A stretch of 64,000 bases of DNA, from positions 2,182-66,181 of the forward strand of contig CAISJD010000118.1 of the NCBI GenBank assembly GCA_903885605.1. The letters are read 5' to 3'. Shown here piece after piece: positions 1 through 9,223 of the stretch. Both the position numbers and the translations under genes were made by a program. A model generated the notes under the pieces. It was not told the origin of the DNA and made no database searches. It saw nothing but the letters and a program-made list of their open reading frames with translations. Positions within the stretch are counted from its first letter, which is position 1. Each line of letters opens with the position of its first letter. The DNA comes from an uncultured Chthonomonas sp. (GTDB taxonomy: Bacteria > Armatimonadota > Chthonomonadetes > Chthonomonadales > CAJBBX01).

Positions 1-2363
1 CCGCCCATCATGCCTCCGCCGACACCGCCGGCCCTGCCGAACATCAGGTTGCGACGGCGCGACGGAGCGGCGCCCAGGACGTCATCCACCGTCCCCCACT
101 TGCCGTCGGGGCCGGCGGAACTGAGTGCGAACCAGCCGTTGAACGCCTTGTTGCCGTAGAGCTCTACCTTGTAGGCGTGTCCCCATGGGTCCTCGATCTC
201 CTTGGGTCGCAGGTAGCCCTGGTCCACCAGCCGCTGGAGCCCCTCGTCGTCGGTGAGCCATGAGCCTGTGGAGCGCTCGTGCTTCTGGACGGCCTGCTGG
301 ACGCGCGCCTGCACCCGCGCCATCTCGTCGACCAGCTTCTCGCGCACGGCGGCCCAGCGGTTGAGGTAGGTGTTCACGCGGACGTCGAAGCCGTCGCCCT
401 TGGGCGCCGACGCCAGCAGCATGGCCGCCGCCCGCTGCCGCGCGGGCTCGGGCGAAGGCGCCGGCTCATCGCGCAGGACCAGGCCCGAGGGCCGCAGCCC
501 ATGAATCTCGTAGCGGGGCTCCATGAGCTCTCGCTCAAGCATGAAGTAGACCTTCTCCAGCCCCGGCTGCAGCTCGGAGAGGGCGAAGACGCTCTCGTCC
601 ACGATGGCCAGGCCGATGGCGGCGGCGATGGGCTGGTTGGCCTTGCTCCTCACGGCGAACTTCAGCAGCGCGTCGGCGCCGGGCCGGTACTCGGTGCGGT
701 CGGCTGTGGCGGTGATCACCAGGTCATCGGCCGGGGAGACAATGAGGGTGCGCGTGTCGCGGATGATCTCCTCGGACGGCATGATCTTGTAGGCGTGCAG
801 CTCCACCGTGCCGGTCATGTCGTTGGTGACCGGGATGGCAAGGCTGACACGGCCGTTCTGAACCGTCTCCGCGCGGGTCAGGATCGTCTGCTTGTTGCGG
901 ATCATATCCACATAGATGGTTCCGCCCCGCGCCGTGGACATGGCCGTCACCTGCAGCGTGTCGCCCACCTTGGCCAGCGTCTTGTCGGTGCGGAGCAGCA
1001 CGGCCTCCTTGCCGGTGTTGGTGGTCAGGCTCAGCCGCGAGGTGGAGGTGAGGCCCTCGGCCGACGTCGCCTTGACCGCGATCGTCACGGCGCCGGGCTT
1101 GGGGGTGAACTGGTATGTGGCCAGGCCCAGGCTATCGGTGGTCAGCTCCAGCGGCGAGCCGTCCTGCGAGGTGCTGACGGCCAGCGTGGCGCCCTTCACC
1201 GGCGCGCCGTCCGGCGTGCCGCAGGCGATGTAGACGCGGTTGGGCAGGCCCGGCGCCGGCTGCGCTGCCTCGGGCGCCATCACGATGAGGATGGGGTCCT
1301 TCACCACCGGCACGGATCGCGCCTGCATCTGCAGGTGGTCGGCGGTATCGGTGACGCGGGCCTGGAACTCCGCCACGGCCTTGCCCTGCTCGAAGGGCTG
1401 GCCTACGAACGCCTCGGGCAGCTTGTAGTCGAACTTGTAGGCGCCGGTTGCGTCCGTCTTGCCCTGCAGTTCGGCCAGCTTGGTGACGCCGATGTCGATG
1501 GTGTTCACCGTCACGGAGACCTTGCCTCCGGCCACGGGCTTGCCGAAGAAGTAGTCGGTCTGGATGGTCCCCTTCACAGTCTCGCCGGGCAGGTAGTAGG
1601 GTTTGTCGGTGCTGATGGCGACCTTGAACTTGGGCAGCACGTAGCGCTCCACGCGCACCTTCTTCTCGGCCTGCCCGCCCGCCAGGATGGCGCGGAGGGT
1701 GAACGTGCCCATGTTCACTTCGTCCGCCAGCACGAAGTCCGTGGCGGCGACGCCGAAGCGCGAGAGGTCGACGCGCTTCTTGAAGACCTTGTTGCCGCGG
1801 GCATCCTCGACCTCGAAGGTGAGCGGCTGGTCGGCCACGGCGCGGCGATTGGCCTTGTCCAGCGCCAGAGCGCGGAGGTGGATCGTCTGGCCGGGCTGGT
1901 AGAGCGGCTTGTCTGCGGTGAGCAGGATCTGCTCGGCCTGCTGCAGCTCGACGCGCTGGGTGACGGTCTCCTTGCCCATCCCTGAGGCGACAGCCACGGA
2001 GAGCTGGTAGGACCCTGCGGCCGACGAAGGCGCCGTGAAGCGTGCGTCCAATGTGCCGAGCGCCGTGGTGGCGCCTGCGAAGAGGCGCGATGCCGGCCCG
2101 GGCTTGCCGGCGGCGTCCAGCCGGGCCAGGCTCATGGCGATATCGGCGCGGACAGGCTTGCCGGTGCGGTGGTCCATCACAATGACGCGCAGGGCGGCCG
2201 GCCCGCCGCGCAGCCACCGGGTCTGGCCCAGGATCTGCGTCTCCAGCGGCGACACGTCCCATGCGGCGGCGGCGGCCTTCTCGGCCTGCACGGCATAGGC
2301 GCCGCCCACTCCTACCGCTGCGGCCAGGATCAGCGCGGCAAACAGGCCCAGTAAGCGTTGCAT
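1..2363 (-). CDS. Alpha-2-macroglobulin-like MG2-domain secreted protein, partial (3' end runs off the window)
   Basis: Absent from the ORF track because it has no stop in the window. Hand translation of the minus strand from ATG 2363 (GAGGAGG about 8 nt upstream) stays open to position 3. It gives signal peptide MQRLLGLFAALILAAAVGVGGAYA, MG2-type motifs ADKPLYQPGQTIHLRALALD and STDKPYYLPGETVKG, A2M_N_2-like AIVDESVFAL, and near the window edge DPWGHAYKV...SSAGPDGKWGTVDDV (GspG-like). Confidence 0.75.
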   Translation of the reverse strand, partial: MQRLLGLFAALILAAAVGVGGAYAVQAEKAAAAAWDVSPLETQILGQTRWLRGGPAALRVIVMDHRTGKPVRADIAMSLARLDAAGKPGPASRLFAGATTALGTLDARFTAPSSAAGSYQLSVAVASGMGKETVTQRVELQQAEQILLTADKPLYQPGQTIHLRALALDKANRRAVADQPLTFEVEDARGNKVFKKRVDLSRFGVAATDFVLADEVNMGTFTLRAILAGGQAEKKVRVERYVLPKFKVAISTDKPYYLPGETVKGTIQTDYFFGKPVAGGKVSVTVNTIDIGVTKLAELQGKTDATGAYKFDYKLPEAFVGQPFEQGKAVAEFQARVTDTADHLQMQARSVPVVKDPILIVMAPEAAQPAPGLPNRVYIACGTPDGAPVKGATLAVSTSQDGSPLELTTDSLGLATYQFTPKPGAVTIAVKATSAEGLTSTSRLSLTTNTGKEAVLLRTDKTLAKVGDTLQVTAMSTARGGTIYVDMIRNKQTILTRAETVQNGRVSLAIPVTNDMTGTVELHAYKIMPSEEIIRDTRTLIVSPADDLVITATADRTEYRPGADALLKFAVRSKANQPIAAAIGLAIVDESVFALSELQPGLEKVYFMLERELMEPRYEIHGLRPSGLVLRDEPAPSPEPARQRAAAMLLASAPKGDGFDVRVNTYLNRWAAVREKLVDEMARVQARVQQAVQKHERSTGSWLTDDEGLQRLVDQGYLRPKEIEDPWGHAYKVELYGNKAFNGWFALSSAGPDGKWGTVDDVLGAAPSRRRNLMFGRAGGVGGGMMG

Positions 2364-2535
2364 GGCGGTAACCCTCCTCGGGGAAAGCTCAGGGATGCGC
2401 GCCCCGGCAGAGGACGCTCACCGGGTTAGACGACGCAACCCCGGCGGATCACTACCCGATCCGAGATCGGCGCAACGACGGCTACACTGTGGTGAAGGGG
2501 CGGCATCGGCGCCGCCCGCCGGACCGGAGGTGACC

Positions 2536-3948
2536 ATGAAGAGAGTGTGCGCGGCCGGCATCGTGGCCGCATGGGCGCTGGTCGGCGCGGGCCGGCCGGC
2601 GCGAGGCATGGAGGGTGAAGTGACCGTTGGAGCCCGCTGGGAGCTCTTCGTCGACCGATACCTGATCTCCGAGATGCAAGGCGCGCGACTGGAAATGAAC
2701 GAGCCGCGGCGCGGCGAGGTGGTCCTCGTCACCGACAAGCCCTGGGAGGGGCCCGACAGCGCCTACTACACCATCCTGCGCGACGGCGACACGCTGCGGC
2801 TCTACTATCGCGGCCTCTGCCCGTCGGACGCCTCGGAGAAGCAGGTCTGCTGCGTGGCCGAGAGCAAGGACGGCGTCACCTTCACCCGCCCGGAGCTGGG
2901 CCTCTTCGATGTGGGCGGCACGAAGGCCAACAACGTGGTCTACCAGGGCGTGGAGGCGCACAACTTCGCGCCCTTCATCGACACGAACCCGCGCTGCAAG
3001 CCCGAGGAGCGGTACAAGGCCGTGGCGGGCATCGACAGCCGCCTCTTCGCCTTCACGTCGCCGGACGGCCTCCGCTGGAAGAAGCTGCAGCCGGAGCCCG
3101 TCATCACCCAGGGCGCGTTCGACTCGCTCAATATCGCCTTCTGGGATGGCCGCGTGGGCATCTATCGCTGCTACTCGCGCTACTGGCAGGCGGGCGGGTA
3201 CAGCGGTGCACGGGCCATCCAGAGCTGCACATCGAGGGACATGGTCCACTGGGACAAGCCGGAGCCCAACCTGTACGAGGCCAGCGCGCCGATGGAGCAC
3301 TTCTACACCAACGCCACCTGGCCCTGCCCCGGCGCCGAGCAGATCCTGCTCTCCTTCCCCAAGCGGTTCATGCCCGACCGACTGAAGCTGCCCGGCTACA
3401 CAGAAAGGGGCGTCAGCGACGCGGTCTTCATGTCGAGCCGCGACGGCGTCCACTGGAGCCGCCCGTTCCTGGAGGCCTGGGTGCGGCCGGGCCCCGACCA
3501 GCACAACTGGACGCAGCGGAGCAACATGCCTGCCTGGGGCATCGTGCAGACGGCGCCGGACGAGTTCACCATGTACATCAGCGAGCGCTACGGCTGGCCC
3601 GACAACCGGCTGCGGCGGCTCACCATCCCCCGGCACCGCTTCGCCTCGATCCACGCCGGAGCGGCGCCCGCGGTCGCGGTGACCCGTCCGCTGCTGCTGG
3701 AGGGCTCGGACCTGGTGGTCAACTACGCCACCTCGGCCGCCGGGTCCATGCGCCTGCAGCTGGAGGATGCCGCCGGCAAGCCCTATCCCGGCTTCGCCTT
3801 GGGCGACATGGAGCCGCTCTACGGCGACGAGATGGACGCGCCCATCCGCTGGAAGGGAGGCAAGGCCGGCGCCCTCGCGGGCAAGCCGGTCCGCCTCCGC
3901 GTGGAACTGCAGGACGCCGACCTGTACGCCCTCCGCATGGCGCCGTAG
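2536..3948 (+). CDS. Secreted BNR/Asp-box beta-propeller protein, glycoside-hydrolase-like, specificity unknown
   Basis: Inner ATG of ORF 2362..3948, preceded by GGAGG at 2527-2531. Signal-like N-terminus MKRVCAAGIVAAWALVGAG. Four spaced Asp-box-like motifs (SKDGVTF, SPDGLRW, SRDMVHW, SRDGVHW) and a C-terminal beta-sandwich-like tail. Confidence 0.7.
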   Translation: MKRVCAAGIVAAWALVGAGRPARGMEGEVTVGARWELFVDRYLISEMQGARLEMNEPRRGEVVLVTDKPWEGPDSAYYTILRDGDTLRLYYRGLCPSDASEKQVCCVAESKDGVTFTRPELGLFDVGGTKANNVVYQGVEAHNFAPFIDTNPRCKPEERYKAVAGIDSRLFAFTSPDGLRWKKLQPEPVITQGAFDSLNIAFWDGRVGIYRCYSRYWQAGGYSGARAIQSCTSRDMVHWDKPEPNLYEASAPMEHFYTNATWPCPGAEQILLSFPKRFMPDRLKLPGYTERGVSDAVFMSSRDGVHWSRPFLEAWVRPGPDQHNWTQRSNMPAWGIVQTAPDEFTMYISERYGWPDNRLRRLTIPRHRFASIHAGAAPAVAVTRPLLLEGSDLVVNYATSAAGSMRLQLEDAAGKPYPGFALGDMEPLYGDEMDAPIRWKGGKAGALAGKPVRLRVELQDADLYALRMAP

Positions 3949-4016
3949 TCATCGGCCGAGTGCCGGGCCGCCTCCCCGAACTGGGACGCCGCGCGTTGGG
4001 CCCACAACCCAGCGGA

Positions 4017-4040
4017 GGCTCGGGTGCGGAGGCCCGAGCC
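4017..4040. terminator. Candidate bidirectional hairpin between convergent genes
   Basis: ggctcggg-tgcggagg-cccgagcc forms an 8-bp perfect stem with an 8-nt loop. It lies between the stops at 3948 (+) and 4065 (-). There is no U-tract. Confidence 0.35.
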
Positions 4041-4064
4041 ACATGGCCCTGGGCGCGGCCGCGT

Positions 4065-5498
4065 TCACCTCGCGGCGCGCCCGGGGCCATAGACCTCCAC
4101 GGCGTTGTTGTGCAGGATGTCGGCGGCGATCTGGTGCAGGTCTGCCGCGGGAACCTGCGCGCTTCGGCCGGCGGCGATCAGCTCCTCGGCCAGCACCTCG
4201 CGGACGACGAGCGACGAGCCCGCCGCCATCTCCACCGAGGTCGAATCGTGCGCCGCCATGATCTTGTGCGTGGGCACGAAGCCCAGGTAGGTCCGCACCG
4301 CGTCGCGGTAGAATGCGGGGCTCAGGACCGGTAGCCAGTTCGTGTCCACGTAGACGTTGGGGTGCATCTTGGCCAGCCACGCGGCCTCGTTGAGGAAGGG
4401 CCAGGCGTGGATCTGGACCACCTTCATGCGGCGGTAGCGCTCGGCCAGGGACGCCAGCGGCAGCGGCGAGGAGTTCGGCAGGTTGTGAGTGCCCACGTGC
4501 ACCTGGTGCGGCCAGCCGCGATCATGGGCCTGCTTGCAGCACTCGTGGACCACCCAGTCTTCGAACGTCCGCCGCTGCGCCTCGGTCAGGTCGCCGGACC
4601 AGGCCACCTCGGCGTCAGAGGGGCGGGTGAACTCCAGCGAACGCGTGTAGGCCTGGAGCTGCTTGATGCCCGCGGCTCCACCGGCCGAGGCCAGGTCGCA
4701 CACCTTGCCGATGAAGCGCCGCCAGCCCGCCGCGTCGCCGGGGTCTTCGCCGGCCATCCGCACGACGTCGGCTCGGCCCGGCGCGTCGCGCCGCCAGAAA
4801 CCCAGTAGCGGGTCGATCCGGAGCATGGTCCTCGTGAAGGCGGCCTCGGCGGCGGCCGTTACGGCTGACTGCTTGCGGCCGTAGTAGACCGGGTGCACGG
4901 GGCGGATCAGCGCGGAGAAGCGCGCTCGGTCCATGGCCTTGCGGTACCAGCCGAAGAGGTCGGCGTAGCGCTCCCCGATGGCCCGGTCCAGCTTGTCCAG
5001 CTCTGCGGGCGACGCCGCCTCCGGGTCGATGCCGTAGAGGAGGTGCAGGCCGCGGCGCAGGCAGGCGTAGGTTCCCGCGAGGCGCTGGCGGGCCAGGGCC
5101 GGATGCAGCGCGCGGAACGCCTCGGCGGCGGAGCGCTCCTGCAACTGGGCCAGGCCGGCGGCCCCGGCCTCGCGGGCCAGCCGCTCCGGGTCGCTGCCCG
5201 CCATCCAGATGAAGCCGCCCAGGTAGGGGTCCAGCAGCAGGTCGGTGAGCCGCGTGGTTCGGTTGGGCGTGGCGCCCTGCTCCGTGTCGCCGCGGAAGCT
5301 CTCGGGCGACATCCCGATGGAGTTGATGCTGCCCCAGTGCTCGTGCGCGCAGAAGTTCGGCAGGCGTGAGAGGTCCAGCCGGGCCGCGGCGTCGCTCATG
5401 GTTCCTCCTCCGGTGCGTCGGGCGGGCGGCGCAAGGGGCACGCCCAGCGCGGTCGCCAGCGCAAGGGCCTCGCGGCGCGTGTGAGCGGTTCCCGGCAC
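4065..5498 (-). CDS. Amidohydrolase-superfamily (TIM-barrel metal-dependent hydrolase) protein with Tat-like signal
   Basis: ORF 4065..5498. The GTG start overlaps the upstream stop (TAGTG). N-terminal HTRREALALATALG resembles a twin-arginine signal; an alternative start is M34 at 5399. It carries an HxH-type motif FCAHEHWGS and is paralogous to 7888..9081. Confidence 0.7.
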   Translation of the reverse strand: MPGTAHTRREALALATALGVPLAPPARRTGGGTMSDAAARLDLSRLPNFCAHEHWGSINSIGMSPESFRGDTEQGATPNRTTRLTDLLLDPYLGGFIWMAGSDPERLAREAGAAGLAQLQERSAAEAFRALHPALARQRLAGTYACLRRGLHLLYGIDPEAASPAELDKLDRAIGERYADLFGWYRKAMDRARFSALIRPVHPVYYGRKQSAVTAAAEAAFTRTMLRIDPLLGFWRRDAPGRADVVRMAGEDPGDAAGWRRFIGKVCDLASAGGAAGIKQLQAYTRSLEFTRPSDAEVAWSGDLTEAQRRTFEDWVVHECCKQAHDRGWPHQVHVGTHNLPNSSPLPLASLAERYRRMKVVQIHAWPFLNEAAWLAKMHPNVYVDTNWLPVLSPAFYRDAVRTYLGFVPTHKIMAAHDSTSVEMAAGSSLVVREVLAEELIAAGRSAQVPAADLHQIAADILHNNAVEVYGPGRAAR

Positions 5499-6265
5499 TA
5501 CGGCGCGGCCTGGATGTCGGCCATCTCACGCTTCATGCGGGCGTACCAGTCCGCCAGCGGCTGCTTCACGAGGTAGAGCCGCGTGAGGCCCCAACCCGTC
5601 TCGCCGGGCTGCAGCGCGCCGAACGAGGGGCCGCAGTGGATGCACGAGTACTCGCGGTTCTGGAAGAGGAAGAGGCCCGGCTTGGATGCCGCCGCCACGA
5701 GCCGCTGCCCGTCCGGCGCCACGACGGCCATCCAGGGCTCCAGCGCCACGTCGTCAGGGCTGCACGCGAAGTTGCGGACGAAGGGGATATCGCGCCAGCC
5801 GGGGCCTCCCTCGATGGGATAGAGCTGGATGGCCGGGCGCGGACCGAAGCGGCGCGGCAGGCTCCGTAGCAGCGTGGGCTTGCCGCGGACGCCCACCCAG
5901 TGGCGCAGGCACTCGTGGTCGCGCACATCCGGCACGCCGATGGGGCTGAAGCAGTTGAACGCGAGGCTCTGCGCCCAGGGAGTGCGGCTCCGGTTCGTCA
6001 CCCGGATGCGGATATCGACCGTTTCTTCGGTGCTGGCGAAGTGGGCGGTGTAGTCCAGCTCGCCGGGCTGCTCGCCGGAACTGGTCAACTCGCCCGCCGC
6101 GCCCACGCCCCAGGTGGGCTTGATGCTGCCGAACCAGTAGGGCGCCGCCGAGTTGCCGATAGCCTCGGGGATGGAGGCGCCGAACGACGCGCCGGGGAAG
6201 GCGGCCACCTGGTCCAGCGTCAGGCCCATGCTGCCCGGCATGCCCGTCACGCGGATGCTCGGCAT
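5498..6265 (-). CDS. Hypothetical protein (255 aa), no recognisable motif
   Basis: Only the 3' part of ORF 5498..6853 looks coding (MPSIRVTGMPGSMGLTLDQ...). ATG 6265 overlaps the FGE-like gene stop (TGATG) and has GGGAGGTG upstream. Its own stop overlaps the next gene's start. Confidence 0.7.
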   Translation of the reverse strand: MPSIRVTGMPGSMGLTLDQVAAFPGASFGASIPEAIGNSAAPYWFGSIKPTWGVGAAGELTSSGEQPGELDYTAHFASTEETVDIRIRVTNRSRTPWAQSLAFNCFSPIGVPDVRDHECLRHWVGVRGKPTLLRSLPRRFGPRPAIQLYPIEGGPGWRDIPFVRNFACSPDDVALEPWMAVVAPDGQRLVAAASKPGLFLFQNREYSCIHCGPSFGALQPGETGWGLTRLYLVKQPLADWYARMKREMADIQAAP

Positions 6266-7044
6266 CACTTCACCTCCCGAACGCAGCGGAAGCCGATGAA
6301 GAGGCTCTGGTTGTTGTCGAAGCCGCTCATGCCTCGGGCGGCGATGCGGAGGTTCAGCGGCGATTGGGTCATCCAGCAGCCGCCCTTGAGGATGCCGCTG
6401 CCCGGGCCGGGCGAGGAGCTGGTCCACTCGGCCACGTTGCCGGCCATGTCCATGACGCCGTAGGGGCTCGCGCCCTTTGGGAACGCGTCGACGCGGAGCG
6501 TCTCCACGAAGGCGCCCGCGCGGTCGCGGTTCCAGCAGCAGCGGTCGGGCAGGAAGCGGCTGCCCCAGGGGTAGGTCCGCCCGTCGCGGCCCCGCGCGGC
6601 CTTCTCCCACTCCTCCTCGGTCGGCAGGCGCTTGCCCGCCCAGGCGGCGTAGGCCTGCGCGTCGATGCGGCTCACCATGACCACGGGCCTGCGCTCCGTG
6701 CCCGGCTGGGGCGTCGGCCCCTGCCAGTGACCCCTCGGGGCATAGCCCGTGGCGCGGCAAAAGGCGTGGAAGTCGGCGTTGGTCACCGGGTACCGGTCGA
6801 TGGCGAAGGCCGGCAGGTCGATGGTCCTCCGGGGCGTCTCCGGCTCCGTCCACGAGCGGTGGAAGCCGTAGCGCCGGGCCGCCGCAGCCGCCTCCGAAGG
6901 CTCCGAGCCGAAGAGGAAGGGCCCTGCGGGGATCAGCACGCCGTCGTCATCGCCCGATGCCCTTGCCGAAGCCCCGGCGGCCAGTCCCACCACCACGGCG
7001 GATGCCGCCACTACCAGCGCCTCGCGCCGAGTCTGCTTCACCAT
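6265..7044 (-). CDS. FGE-sulfatase/SUMF1-domain protein with Tat signal
   Basis: Inner ATG 7044 with AGGAGG upstream. Tat-like MVKQTRREALVVAASAVVVGLAAGASARA. FGE-family motifs RYPVTNADFHAFCRATGY, RLPTEEEWEKAARG, GNVAEWTSS and the C-terminal GFRCV. Confidence 0.85.
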   Translation of the reverse strand: MVKQTRREALVVAASAVVVGLAAGASARASGDDDGVLIPAGPFLFGSEPSEAAAAARRYGFHRSWTEPETPRRTIDLPAFAIDRYPVTNADFHAFCRATGYAPRGHWQGPTPQPGTERRPVVMVSRIDAQAYAAWAGKRLPTEEEWEKAARGRDGRTYPWGSRFLPDRCCWNRDRAGAFVETLRVDAFPKGASPYGVMDMAGNVAEWTSSSPGPGSGILKGGCWMTQSPLNLRIAARGMSGFDNNQSLFIGFRCVREVK

Positions 7045-7110
7045 AGCCGGTCCTCCTGCTTCGCAAAGGATGTACCACAAGCGAGTATGGCCCAAACCCC
7101 GGCACTGCTC

Positions 7111-7809
7111 CTACGGCACCCGGATCGTTTGGAGCCTGCCGGGCTTGATCTGCACGGACCATGCGCCCAGGTCCTCGAACGTGGCCCAGGAGCCGCCCTC
7201 GGAGCTTTCGCGGTGCACGGTCCGCAGCGACACGGCGTACCAGCCCGGCGCCAGGCCCGTGAAGAGGACGGCGCCCTTGCGGACGTCCTTGTCCTGCCCG
7301 ATGGTCGTCCAGGCGTCCGGCGCGTGGGGCACGCCGCCGGGCTGGGACGGAACGAGGAGCACGTTGGTCGGCTTGCCCGTGGCGGAGACGGCCACCTTCA
7401 GCGCGCCCAGGCGCCGCAGGTCGACCTGGATCGGCACGCTGACCTTTGCCTGTCCCGCGGCCACGGTCACCCGGCGGCCGAAGGTGGCGGTGTCGCCCGC
7501 GCGGACGTAAACGAAGTAGGTCCCGGGCTCCACCCTCTCGTGGCGGAACCGGATGCCCGCGGCATCGAACTCCATCACACTGATGCGCGGCTTGTAGGTG
7601 GTGCAGGTCACGGAACCGCGCGTGGCCGAGAGTGTCGATCCGGCGAAGCAGGAGTGCTTCTCGCCCGCGCGGGTCACGCCCACGTATCCGGCGCGCAGCT
7701 CCGCCGGGCGGCGCCCAAGGATCGTCACCGTGCCCGTGATCTCGCCTGCCGGAGCGGCAACCGCGGCCAGGCCCAGCGCGGCCGCGGCGCCCCATCGGAG
7801 CCAGTGCAT
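7111..7809 (-). CDS. Secreted protein with carboxypeptidase-regulatory-like beta-sandwich
   Basis: Inner ATG 7809 of ORF 7111..7914 with GGGAGGG upstream. Signal peptide MHWLRWGAAAALGLAAVAAPAGE is followed by GEITGTVTILG, a typical CarboxypepD_reg-like start. Confidence 0.6.
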   Translation of the reverse strand: MHWLRWGAAAALGLAAVAAPAGEITGTVTILGRRPAELRAGYVGVTRAGEKHSCFAGSTLSATRGSVTCTTYKPRISVMEFDAAGIRFRHERVEPGTYFVYVRAGDTATFGRRVTVAAGQAKVSVPIQVDLRRLGALKVAVSATGKPTNVLLVPSQPGGVPHAPDAWTTIGQDKDVRKGAVLFTGLAPGWYAVSLRTVHRESSEGGSWATFEDLGAWSVQIKPGRLQTIRVP

Positions 7810-7847
7810 CGCTTCCCTCCCAACGGGCCGGAGCGCGCCGGCCGTTG

Positions 7848-7853
7848 TATAAT
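7848..7853 (+). promoter_or_regulatory. Candidate -10 box (TATAAT) for the amidohydrolase gene
   Basis: A perfect TATAAT sits in the divergent intergenic region 35 nt upstream of ATG 7888. There is no convincing -35 element. Confidence 0.3.
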
Positions 7854-7887
7854 GCCCCGGACCATCGCCTTCCGGGAGCCGCCAGCC

Positions 7888-9081
7888 ATGTCCACCGACG
7901 TCGCAGCACTGCACGACTACATCGACAGCCTACCCCTCATCAGCACCCATGAGCACCACCACCCCTTCCCGCCCGACGAGCCCTGCACTCTGGAGGCGCT
8001 CTTCAGCCGCAGCTACGTCGGCTGGAGCGGCGTGCCCTTGAACGGCCCGGAGGACCGGCGCGCGTTCCTCGAGTTGATGTGCGGCAACAGCTACTTCCGC
8101 TGGTACGAGCGGGCCCTGGGCTCCCTCTTCGGCGTGGATGAGATCACCACCGGCAACTGGGACAGCCTGTCCGAGGCCACCGCCGCGACGCTGTCGCTGG
8201 ACGTGAGCCACGAGGTGATCCTCCGCGACCATACCAAGTGCCGCCGCGCCGTCCTGGACGCCTACTGGGCGCCGGGCAGCGACAACGGGATGCCGGACCT
8301 CTATTCGCCCACGCTCCGCGTCAACAGCTTCGTCTACGGACGGACGCTGGAGACCAGCGACCACAACGGCAACAACGCTCAGCTCCTCTACGGCGCCTGC
8401 TCCGACCTGGACGAGTACGTCGCCATGGCCGACAGGGTCATCGCCGAGCACAAGGCCCGGGGAGCCGTGGCCCTCAAGTCCGCGCTGGCCTACGACCGCC
8501 CGCTGGACTTCCGCCCGGTGGACAAGCGCGACGCGGCCCGGGTCTTCAACGATCCTGACGCCGGGCCCGAGGCCGATCGGATATTCGGCGACTACGTGTT
8601 CGATCAGCTCTGCGCGGCGGCCGCCCGCGCGGGCCTGCCCTTCCAGAACCACGTGGGCCTTGGGCGGCTGGGCGGCTCGAACCCCATGAACCTGCAGCCC
8701 ATGATCGAGCGGCACCCCGAGACGCGCTTCGTCCTCTTCCACATGGGCTACCCGTGGATCGAGGAGGTCTGCGCCCTGAGCCACAACTACGCCAACGTCT
8801 ATCCAGACCTCTGCTGGCTCCCCTCCATCGGCACCACGGCAACCGTGCGCGCGCTCCACTCGCTCATCGAGACCGGCCGCGACGCCTCCCGGGCCTGCTG
8901 GGGCGGCGACGCCTGGATGGTAACGGAGACCTACGCCGCATCGCTGGCCATGCGCCACGCGCTGAAGCAGGCCCTGACGGAGAAGATGGAGGCCGGATAC
9001 CTCACGCCGATGCGGGCGCGGATGTGGGCCGAGAGGGTTCTTTGGAGAAATGCCGCCGAGCTCTACGGATTGGCCCCCTAG
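7888..9081 (+). CDS. Amidohydrolase-superfamily (TIM-barrel metal-dependent hydrolase) protein, cytoplasmic paralog
   Basis: Only the 3' third of the 905-aa ORF 6364..9081 looks coding. ATG 7888 has GGGAG upstream. Contains the motif PLISTHEHHHPF and later FHMGYPW. No signal peptide. Confidence 0.75.
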   Translation: MSTDVAALHDYIDSLPLISTHEHHHPFPPDEPCTLEALFSRSYVGWSGVPLNGPEDRRAFLELMCGNSYFRWYERALGSLFGVDEITTGNWDSLSEATAATLSLDVSHEVILRDHTKCRRAVLDAYWAPGSDNGMPDLYSPTLRVNSFVYGRTLETSDHNGNNAQLLYGACSDLDEYVAMADRVIAEHKARGAVALKSALAYDRPLDFRPVDKRDAARVFNDPDAGPEADRIFGDYVFDQLCAAAARAGLPFQNHVGLGRLGGSNPMNLQPMIERHPETRFVLFHMGYPWIEEVCALSHNYANVYPDLCWLPSIGTTATVRALHSLIETGRDASRACWGGDAWMVTETYAASLAMRHALKQALTEKMEAGYLTPMRARMWAERVLWRNAAELYGLAP

Positions 9082-9223
9082 CGAGGCGCTCTCTCACGAT
9101 GCGTTCACGGTAGAGACTCATAATGGATGGCAGCACTAGAGTGCTCGTCGCCGGCACGGTAGGCGTATGCTCCCCGCGGACCGCCTGCCGCCGCCGCGGC
9201 GCTCCTCGCAAGTCGAGAGCTCT

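Noticed and set aside
279-1985. A 568-aa plus-strand ORF, and many other long ORFs in the track (for example 9002..11665, 14502..17003, 18821..20470, 25303..26958, 32246..33850, 34529..36100, 35901..37517, 48110..49786, 60278..61639, 61895..63367).
   Set aside because: Their translations are Arg/Gly/Pro/Ala/His-rich low-complexity strings with no motifs. They lie antisense or out of frame to genes with clear family signatures. These are typical stop-codon-poor shadow ORFs of high-GC DNA.
6265-7044. Annotating the FGE-like gene as part of a sulfatase maturation system.
   Set aside because: No sulfatase gene occurs in the window, and FGE-fold proteins have other roles. Only the fold-level call is supported.
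6364-9081. A 905-aa ORF that looks like one large gene.
   Set aside because: Only the last 397 codons (from ATG 7888) look coding, as an amidohydrolase with an SD. The upstream two thirds are antisense to the FGE-like and beta-sandwich genes. Similar 5' over-extensions were trimmed at 2362, 7914, 14424, 17838, 18836, 25636, 26712, 37989, 39460, 50154, 55404, 56546, 57782 and 63709.
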